This document shows, in pieces, positions 54,361 through 64,000 of a stretch of DNA of 64,000 nucleotides; positions within the stretch are counted from its first letter, which is position 1; every line of letters begins with the position of its first letter. This DNA is from Octopus sinensis. Lineage: Eukaryota. Both the position numbers and the translations under genes were made by a program. A model generated the notes under the pieces. That model was given only the letters and a program-made list of their open reading frames with translations, had not been told where the DNA came from and ran no database searches. The DNA lies in contig NC_042998.1 in assembly GCF_006345805.1 (NCBI RefSeq), positions 163,308,001 to 163,372,000 of the forward strand, in the 5' to 3' direction.

Positions 54361-55274
54361 CAAATAGGGAAAAAATATGTAAAATGAGAATGGTGTATAT
54401 CAATAAAATGACAACATAGAGGAAGGGAATAAAAGAATAAGGAAATGGAGAGAAAGAAGAAAAAAGAAGCATAAAAGTTCATAGTTCAACTTTCCAATGT
54501 TATAGGTGCATCTAAGGACTTATGCTCATGGATCTACACAGGATTGCACTTAAGGACTCATGCTCTTGTTTCTATAATTTTGGAATGTTGAATTATGAAC
54601 GTTTATGCCTCTTTTTTCTTCCCTCTTTCCATCTCTTTATTCTTTTACTCTATTCCTCTATGTCGTCATCTCATTAATATATTCCATTCTTTTTTTCCCT
54701 ACGACTTGAGATGTTTGCCTTGCCTTAATGCTTGTTGTCCTCTTTAACATTGTGTGTGTGTGTGTGTGTGTCTGTGTTTGTCGACCCACCGTTGCTTCAC
54801 AACTGATGCCTGTAACTTAGTGGTTTGGCAAAAGAGACCAATAATATAAGTGCTAGTCCTGGGATTGATTTCTTTGACAAGAACTATTTAAGGCAGTGCT
54901 CCAGCATGGCCACAGTCAAATGATATATTCTTTTGTTTTTTAACTTGTTTCAGTCATTTGACTGCAGTCTTACTGGAGCACTACCTTTAACCAAATGAAT
55001 CAACTTCAGGACTTATTCTTTGTAAGCCTAGTACTTATTCTATCAATCTCTTTTGCCAAACCACTAATTTACAGGGACGTAAATGCACCAACATCGGTTG
55101 TCAAGCAATGGAGAAGGAACAAACACAGATACACAAACATATACGTATATATTTATATATATACAATAGGCTTCTTTCAGTTTCTATCTACAAAATCCAC
55201 TCACAAGGCTTTGGTCAGCCCAAGGCTATAGTAGAATATACTTCCCCAAGGTGAAACTCAGTGGGACTGAACCT

Positions 55275-55312
<38 letters not shown>

Positions 55313-55486
55313 TTGTGGTTAACCATCCAATGCAGGAGGTTCATGGATGGAAAGTCAGAAATGCCATTGAAAAGGAGTTAGCAATCGTCTGTGAAGGTGG
55401 AGCAATCACCATTTTGCGAGTATGTGTGTGTGCACGCATGCACTCTTTTACACACACACTCATATATATATATATGTGTGTGTGTG

Positions 55487-55524
<38 letters not shown>

Positions 55525-55530
55525 GCATAT

Positions 55531-56610
55531 ATAGGCCATTCACCCACTAGAAATAACAGCCAAAAGCTTCAACCGCAAAATAACATTAATTCCGTAAACC
55601 AGGAGAAATTAAAAAACATTTACCCTGAAATTCCTTATACGATGCACAGTTTCGTCTACTGTTTAATGGTAAACTAACCTGATTAAATTAAATCAAGCCA
55701 TCTACCATAGGCCTTAGATTCATCAGTAAGGAATAGCCAAATCGGAACAGATATTTTTCACGAGGCATTCCCGTCCATGCCTCGCCAATATCTGACCTAA
55801 AATTTTCAAATCGTCGCACTCGCGCCAAATTTATCGGCAGCAAATAAATATAAGCCGCCGATTCCATTACGGAACCAACCAGAAAATTCATAATTAATCA
55901 ATTTCAGGGTAAATGTTTTTTAATTTTCTCCTGGTTTACGGAATTAATGTTATTTTGCGGTTGAAGCTTTTTGGCTGTTATTTCTAGTGGGTGAATGGCC
56001 TATTATGGCCGTTCCTTGATTGTGATATTGAACTTACAAATGGTTATGACTATTTAATTTTTTCCCACTAGGCCGCTGGGGGCAAAAGAATTCTACAAAA
56101 TTTTTTTGCCTCCCTATATGATTAATTATGAATTTTCTGGTTGGTTCCGTAATGGAATCGGCGGCTTATATTTATTTGCTGCCGATAAATTGGCGCGAGT
56201 GCGACGATTTGAAAATTTTAGGTCAGATATGGCGAGGCATGGACGGGAATGCCTCGTGAAAAATATCTGTCCGATTTGGCTATCCTTACTGATGAATCTA
56301 AGGGCCTATGGTAGATTGGCTTGATTAATTTAATCAGGTTATTTTACCATTAAACAGTAGACGAAACGGTGATCGTATAAGGAATTTCAGGGTAAATGTT
56401 TTTAATTTTCTCCTGGTTTACGGAATTAATGTTATTTTGCGGTTGAAGCTTTTGGCTGTTATTTCTAGTGGGTGAATGGCCTATTATGGCCGTTCCTTGA
56501 TTGTGATATTGAACTTACAAATGGTTTATGACTATTTAATTTTTTCCCACTAGGCCGCGGGGGCAAAAGAATTCTACAAAATTTTTTTTTGCCTCCCTAT
56601 ATTGATTAAT
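55531..56610. mobile_element. Non-coding HHR-containing ~483-bp repeat: one inverted copy plus ~1.5 tandem copies (retrozyme-like or solo pLTR array)
   Basis: 55531-55900 is the reverse complement of 56119-56484. 55900-56118 repeats 56383-56601. No recognisable protein. Confidence 0.85.
56283..56383 (+). ncRNA. Type I HHR with long stem II (twin at 55630-55734, minus)
   Basis: tcctta-CTGATGA-atcta..tagac-GAAA-cggtgatcg-TA-taagga. Confidence 0.8.
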
Positions 56611-57337
56611 ATATGCATATATATATATATATATTCCTACATTGTCATTCTTACTAACTCCATCCACCTGCTATTTTCAGCTTTTCTTCTCCCTCTTTCT
56701 CCTTCTTCCTCCTTCTTCCACCTTTCTTTCTTTCTTCTTCTTCTTCTTCTTTGTTCCATCCTCCCTTCTCCCCCTCCTCTTCTTTCTTGTTCTTCTTCAT
56801 CCCTTCTTCCTCCTCCCCCTCATACATATTGACTTCGGCAAACAAATACACTATACAGTAGTGTAGATTCCTTAATCATATGGAATACAAGACAGCCTTG
56901 CAAGTGACAACGTGACAATAAATTATACCTAGCAAACCCTATAAAATAGTTGATGTCACGAAGGGCACCCAATCATTGACCACCACGCTTAAAATTGAAA
57001 CGATCAAGAGACGATCAGCTGACCAATGTATGAAGCCAGTAACTTTGAATGACATCTGATTCAAGCTATGATGACCCTTACAACTCATGTGAAAAAGAAA
57101 TTGAACATTAAATGATGACGATGATGACATGTATATACGTGTGTATGTATGTGGGTGTTTGTGTGTTTGTAAGTATGTGCATAGAAATCCAATGTATTTT
57201 TATACAGAGTGTGTGTGTCCATGTCTGTGTGCATGAATTTAATTGTACATATGTATATATATTTGTGTATGCATGTTTGTGTGTGTGTCTGTATACATGT
57301 AAATATAGGTATGTATGAGTGTGTGTGCATGTGAGTA

Positions 57338-57372
<35 letters not shown>

Positions 57373-58640
57373 GTGTATGTATGTATGTATGTATATTTGT
57401 ATATGTATATATGTATGTATATATATATGTGTGTGTGTGTGTATATATATTTATATATATGATCTATATGCATGTATAATTATATATATATAAATGTGTA
57501 TATGAATATTTGTATATGTATGTGTGTGTATATAAAATGTATGTATATATATGTGTGTGTGTGTGTATGCATATATGTATATATGTATATGTTTATATAT
57601 GTATATGTAAATATATATATATATATATATGTTTACATATATGTATATGTGTGTGTATTACAAACACAAACACATGTATACATATTTATGTCTCATTAAT
57701 GGTCCCTATCTCCAAAGTGCACCAGCAGACACTATCGGAACATTTGTTCGACTGCAGATGTTCCTTTCCGATAGAATAATTTAATTTCTGCCTTGTCAGA
57801 TCCATTTTTGATTCTCTCTGTCTGCCTCTCTCTCTCTCTCTCTATCTTTCTCCATACCTCTAAATGTATGCATATATGTGAGTATTTGTGTGTTTGTTTG
57901 TCATTGCACACACACACACATATATATATATACACCCACCCACACTAACACACACATATATATATGTACATACATACATATAGATATATATATATATACA
58001 TACTCACAAATATGTATATGTATGAGTCCATGTGTATATATATATATATATATTTATCTTACATATATACATATATATATATATATGTATATATATGTAT
58101 ATATACGTATATATGTATGTATATATATATATATATATATAGTGTTCAGCCTTTTTCTCTTGCCTAATTTTGGTCATGACTTACTCTCTTTGTCTGTCTT
58201 CATTTCACTCTCACTTTCCCATTTCTCTCCCTCCTCTCATCTCTGTCTGTCTGTCTGTCTCTCTCTTTTTCTCTCTAATGAAAATATATCATTTGCTTGT
58301 TTGATAAACCACTAAAAACACTCACTCTAGACTGTCTATATAATAATACAGGCACCATTAGAAAACATTAAATACTCCGAAAGCAACAAAAGCATGATAC
58401 ATAATTTGTAACAAGAGCTCTGTCATTTAATTTTTTTTCTTTTCTGTTCAGATATTAAGTGATATACATTGGCACATATCAAATATAATGATTAGCTGAT
58501 AGGAGTTCATCATAACCATTTTGATCTGTCTTTCACTCAGCTTCTTTTTCCTCCTCTCTTCTCTCTCTCTCATTCTCTAACTTTCTCTTCCCCTTTTCTC
58601 TCTAGTTTTCTCTAAAATTATACTCACTGCTACTTCCTTT

Positions 58641-58696
<56 letters not shown>

Positions 58697-58789
58697 ATTC
58701 TATCTTTCTCTATCTATCTATCTATATCTATATATATCTAACAAAATAATATATAAACATATGCATATATACAAACATACCTACATATA

Positions 58790-61700
58790 TATACTTCTGC
58801 AGGCTACCTCAAAGATGAGTGACAATGATCTCATCTTCATGGCTGGGGATCTCAATGGGCATGTCAGATGGCAGCCCAGTATCTTCCATGGTGTCCATGA
58901 GGACCATGGAATTGGTTTCCGAAATGAAGAGGGAACAATGCTACTAGAGTTCTGTGATGCAAATAACCTATTAATCTGCAACGCCAACTTCAGGAAGCCA
59001 ACCAGCCACCTGATAACCTACCAATCAGGGGACTGTGCTAGCCAGATACATTCTCACCAGACAGTGGGATGCATGGTTGCTCCTAAATACAAAGACCCGC
59101 CCTGTTGAAGAATTTATCCCCAGCATAGACTACTCATTAGTGACTTTAGACTCCAGGCCAGAAGGGTGCTAATAAGTAGACCAATGTAGAAAAGAAAGAT
59201 TTGGAAGCTTAAGTATCCTTCATATGATAAGAGATTTAGGGACATCCTAATTGAGAAATTTGACAAGAGGAGGAGGAGCTACAGACTTGTGACATGGCAA
59301 CTGGAAATTCTTTCAGAACAGCTTTCTGAGTGCCACAGGCCAGAGTGCCACAGGCCAGAGTGCCACAGGCCAGAGTGCCACAGGCTAGAGTGCCACAGGC
59401 AGCTGGTCCAAAGTCCCATCCAGACCTGGGGGGACATGGTGGTGGCATGATACTGTAAACAGAGCCATTAGCACAAGAAACAGGTCTGGAAGGCCTGGAA
59501 GAGTGAGGGTAGCAGGGAACTGCATCTCATAGCCAGAAGGGAAGCTAGGAGACAGATACTTCTAGCCAAGGGTGAAGCAGAAAAGAAAATGTTTGCCTAT
59601 GTTCAGCAACGTGAGTACCAAATGCTTGAAGTGTGTGAGAGAAAATTGTGATATCATAGGAGAGAAATGTGTCTGCATGGTGATGGTGCACTTGCATTTA
59701 ATGATTATGCAAAGAAAGAGGCTTAGAAATGCCATTATGAAAGACTACTGAACGTGGAAATTGAATGGGAGGAGGAGAGTCTGCCAAATGTTGACCCAAT
59801 TGAGAGACCAGTTTTCTGAATTGACATTTACCTTGGTAGATAAAGCAACTAAGGATATGAAGACAGAGAAAGCCTATGGCCCATGAGATGCTTAAAATAT
59901 CTGGCAGTGTAGGTTATGGTCTACTTACCTGTATTGTAAATCAGATGGTTCACAAAGGAGTCATACCCAATGACTGGTGTAGCAGCACCATAGTCAACTT
60001 CTATAAAGGTAAAGGTGATGCCTTAGACAGAAATAATTACAGAGGTATCAACTTGTTGGATCAGTTGATGAAAGTTACGGAGAGAGTCATAGCCCAACTA
60101 ATTAGGAAAAGAGTTAGTCTAGATGAGATGCAGTTTGGTTTTGTGCTAGGGAGAAGTACCACTGATGCTATATTTCTGGTAAGGCAGCTGCAGGAGAAAT
60201 GCATAGTCAAAGGTAAATTTCTGTACTTGGCTTTTGTTGACTTGGAGAAAGCCTTTGATAGGGTCCCCAAACCCTGGTGGTCAATGCAAAAACTAGGAAT
60301 AGACAAGTGGTTGATGAGAGCTGTATAAGCCATGTACAGGGATGCTACCAGTAAGGTGAGGGCTGCCAATGAGTACAGCAAAGAATTCAGGGTACAAGTA
60401 GGAGTTCACCAAGGATCAGTCTTCAGCCCTTTCTTGTTCATCATAGTCCTCCAGGCAATGACAGAGGAATTTAAGACAGGTGGCCCATGGGAGTTCCTCT
60501 ATACTGATGAACTTGTTCTTATAACTGAATCACTACCAGAACTAGAAAAGAAGTTTCAGGTATTGAAACAAGGTCTAGAATCGAAGGGCCTTAGAGTTAA
60601 CCAAGCAAAAGCCAAAGACTTAGTGAGTAGCAAGGCAGACAAATCACAACTCCTTTTAGGTAGATGGTTCTGCTCAATCTTCAGAAAAGACGTGGGTAGA
60701 AACTCTATAAGATGTACCTGGTGTAAATTATGGATACATAAGAGGTGCAGCAATATAAGAGGAAGGTTAACAGGGAAAATAGCTTTTGTGTGTGGAAAAT
60801 GCTCAGGTACAATAAACACCGAAAATGTACAGGAAATAGACTCCACCAACTGTCCGGGGAGTAATCTGGAGGTAGTAGATAGCTTGGGGACCAAGTTAGT
60901 ATTGGGAGTGGATGTTCCGAGAGTGTAGCTGTAAGAATAAGATTACGTTGGGCAAAATTCAGAGAACTCCTACCTCTGCTGGCAACAAAGGTCTTCTCTC
61001 AGAGTGAAACGCAGATTGTATGATGCCTGTGTGTGAACAGCTATGCTACATAGCAGTGAAACATGCTGTGACAGCTGAGGACATGTGTAGACTTGAAAGA
61101 AATGAAGCCAGTATGCTTCGCTTGATGTGCAATGTCAGTGTACATGTTCAACAGAGTGTTAGCATCTTGAGAGAAAAGCTGAGCATAAGAGACATCAGAT
61201 GTGGTGTGCAAGAGAGACATATGAACAAGGACAGCTGCATAAAGGAGTACCAATCTCTAACTGCGGGGGGAACCTGTGGTAGAGGTAGACCCAGGAAGAC
61301 ATGGAGCGAGGTGGTAAAGCATGATCTTCAAGCTTTGAGCTTCACAGAGGCAATGACCAGTGACTAATATCCTGTGCTCAAGCCAAGTGAGATCATAGTT
61401 ATGGCCAATGCTGTTATCTTGTAACTGGCATGTAAAGCGCACCTTTCAAGTGTTGTGCCTCACAGAGGCAAAGTGGTTGATGCTGGTGGCATGTGAAAGG
61501 CTTCTGTTGAGTGATGGGCCTCACAGAGGCAATGACCGAGACCTTAGGCATTATGTCATGCTTGAGAAGAAGACCCATCAAGCCTAGTAAAATCACAGCC
61601 ATGGCAGATACTGGTGTCATGAAAATAGCACTCATGCCAGTGGAACATATAAGCACTCATTTCATACTCAGAGTAGTTGTCATTAGGAAGGGCACCCAGG

Positions 61701-61825
61701 CATAGAAACCATGCCAAGTCACACCGGAGTCTAATGCAGCCTTCCAGTTTGCCAGTCCTGGTCAAATTATCAAACCCATTCCAGCATGGACAATGGACGT
61801 TAAATGATGACGTTGACGATGATGA
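58790..61825 (+). pseudogene. Decayed RTE-clade LINE: APE endonuclease, RT, Cys/His finger, C-terminus, 3' UTR and (GAT)n tail
   Basis: GDLNGHV..RNEEG..LLEFC..HLITY (APE); NYRGINLL, QFGF..GRSTTDAIF, FVDLEKAFDRV, GVHQGSVFSPFLF, LYTDEL (RT); GRGRPRKTW. Multiple stops and frameshifts. Confidence 0.92.
59328..59400 (+). repeat. 15-bp minisatellite (GAGTGCCACAGGCCA)x~5 inside the LINE
   Basis: Read directly from the sequence. Confidence 0.9.
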
Positions 61826-61918
61826 TATATTCTGTGTGTGTGTGTGTGTGTGTCTGTATATACATATTATATATGTATATGTGTGTGTATATATATATAT
61901 ATTATATATATATATATA

Positions 61919-61967
<49 letters not shown>

Positions 61968-61972
61968 GTATA

Positions 61973-62028
<56 letters not shown>

Positions 62029-62029
62029 A

Positions 62030-62312
62030 GAAAATAGTAAAGTGTGAAAAAACGACAGAAGGCTTAAATGTTAAAAAATATATATATTTGTGTCAAAATG
62101 TCTGGAGAATATTGGAAAAATTTTTTTTCCTTTCCTTAAAATGACCTAATTTTAAAAATTTTTAAAGAATTACCGGTTTCGCGTGTAGCTTTTCAAATTT
62201 CTTGTGACGTTATGTTTATATTGCATGGAATTATCGTTGTTTTTATTTCCAGGAGATTTCTAAATAAGGGGAGGTAGTGAGTGATTTTTTCCGGTGTAGG
62301 GGAGATAATCGC

Positions 62313-62345
<33 letters not shown>

Positions 62346-63913
62346 CCCTTTTCTTGTTAATTTCTCTGTGTCAGTATGTTCGGATGGTTGAGTCTGGGTT
62401 TGTACTTTTCAATGAAGAATGTTTCCTTGTTCAGTCTCATTTGTGTTGATGATCCGAAGCACATTGGTAAAATGGGAAGATTAAAAATTGTGGCAGTAGT
62501 TGCTTTGCGCATTTCTCAATGTGCTCACTAAAAGGTATCATTCTATATTCTGGGAATGCAATCTGTTGTCGATGCAGTGTGCATCTGCGCATGAGTGATA
62601 GTCCCGTGGAACCCACGTAGTCTTGGTGGCAGCCCGAGCATTTAATAACATAAATTATGTTTTCAGAGGCACAAGTAAAGTTAGATTTGATCTTAAGTTT
62701 CTGTCCCTCTTTAAAGAAGAATTCTGATCCTTCCAATAGGTTAGGACATGTTGCACAGTTCGATCTACCACATTTTTTTACTTTTGCATCCGTAATTTTA
62801 GAAGACAATTTTGCCTTTGTGAGAATCTTTTTAAGTGATTTAGGCTGTTTGTAGCTTTTAATGATTTGGTGTATGTTTAGAATTTCCTTTAATTTTGGGT
62901 TTTTATGAAGTATTGGTAAATTCTGGGTGATGATGGTGAAGGCTTCTTTGTTTCTGGGGTTGTATGTAGATATGTAAGGTAGTATTTTCGGGGAAGGTGT
63001 GTTGTTGTGTTGAACTTTTCTTAAAGTTTCTATGTTGATTTCTGTTGCACGTCTGATCCCATCCTCTATGAGTTGAGCTGGGTAATGTCTGTCAATTAGG
63101 GTGTTTTTGAGTTCTTGCAGTCTAAAGTTCCTGGTATTTTGTTCTGACACTATTGTGCATATCCTTCTTGCAAGGTTGAAGGGGATGTTTGTTTTAGTGT
63201 GTCTTGGGTGGCATGAATTAAAAAGAAGGTATTGTTTGGCGTCTGTGGCTTTGTAAAAAATGTCTGTTTCTATTTTTAAGGTTAATTTTTTTAATTAGTA
63301 TATCCAAGAACGGGAGCTCCTTTTGGTTGTATTCCATTGTGAACTGTATATTTGGGTTTATGCTGTTCAATAGGTTTTTAAATTTTAGGAGTTTATCTAT
63401 GTTTTCATTCCAGAGAATGAAACAATCGTCTAGGAATCGTTTCCAATTCTCTTTTATGTATTGAGAGAGGGAGTTTCCAAGATTGATAGAGATTCCTGGT
63501 AAATGATTATTTCCATGTATCCCATTGTTAAGTTCGCAATGACTGGTGCTGCCCTTGTACCCATAGCAATTCCGGATTTTTGACGGTAAAATGTATTGTC
63601 AAACATGAAGTGGTTATTGTGTAGGATGAATTCAATTGATTAGTAATGAATTCTTACTGATCCTTTTTGGTATTTCTTCCGGAAATTGGTCTAACCAGAA
63701 TTGTATTGCCTCCAGTCCATAATTATGAGGTATACTGGTATACAAGTTGACTACATCAAATGAAACCAGGATTGTTTCTTCCTTGGTTTTTTTTGGGAGG
63801 TGGTTTAACATATCTAAGTCATCTCTGATATGGCTATCGATATGTTTAAGGAAGGGTTTCAAGAGGATGTCCATAAGTAGACTTAGTCTGTGTGTTTCAC
63901 AGTTGGGCCAGCT
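62030..63913 (-). mobile_element. Neptune-like Penelope element (RT, GIY-YIG, 3' pLTR), 5'-truncated, with frameshifts
   Basis: SFDVVNLYTSIP, GIAMGTRAAP, WKRFLDDCFILW, CGRSNCATC linker, NIIYVIKCSGCHQDYVGST..RCTLH..EHIEKC. Ends in (TA)n. Confidence 0.92.
62165..62203 (-). ncRNA. Minimal HHR with U3:A8 core in the PLE pLTR
   Basis: aagaaat-TTGAAAA-gc-tacac-gc-GAAA-ccgg-TA-attctt. Confidence 0.6.
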
Positions 63914-64000
63914 CCTACACAATAACACTTCATGTTTGACAATACATTTTACCGTCAAAAATCGGAATTGCTATGGGTAAAAGGGCAGCACCAGCTCATT
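63914..64000 (+). mobile_element. Start of an inverted copy of the same PLE, running off the window
   Basis: Reverse complement of ~63538-63626 with a few 1-bp indels. Confidence 0.8.

Noticed and set aside
55688-56324. 67-72 aa ORFs in the retrozyme-like unit
   Set aside because: They differ by frameshifts between the two copies and have no recognisable domain.
56930-57085. Unique island with short open frames on both strands
   Set aside because: Strand and splice signals are ambiguous and no homology was recognised.
62357-62440. In-frame TGA near the PLE C-terminus as possible selenocysteine (as reported for Naiad PLEs)
   Set aside because: The TGA arises from a 1-bp frameshift. The other frame continues MRLNKETFFIEKYKPRLN, and the conserved Cys positions use normal Cys codons.

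Overview
This is AT-rich, microsatellite-dense eukaryotic DNA. Its SINE and LINE families match those I recognise from Octopus genomes (inference). It looks intronic or intergenic, and no host gene can be named. Most ORFs in the track are microsatellite artefacts. Real coding remnants are: three long Penelope-like element (PLE) RT/GIY-YIG pieces (3.6-5.3 kb, 34.3-36.7 kb, 62-64 kb), a short GIY-YIG fragment (46.4 kb), a near-complete decayed RTE-clade LINE (58.8-61.8 kb) with many 3' fragments elsewhere, and a Tigger/pogo transposase fragment (37.9-38.6 kb). There are dozens of tRNA-derived SINEs from at least four families, and MITEs of mariner, hAT, piggyBac and unknown type. The main unexplained structure is a set of about 13 type I hammerhead-ribozyme (HHR) motifs. 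Most sit in short non-coding fold-back elements embedded in (TA)n, and the inversion breakpoints often fall at or near the predicted cleavage site. They include a ~483-bp tandem retrozyme-like unit (55.5-56.6 kb) and a family with a compensatory U3:A8 core. Two weak minus-strand terminal-exon candidates (27.8-28.0 kb, 44.0-44.3 kb) hint at a host gene. Scattered 1-bp indels suggest imperfect assembly consensus.
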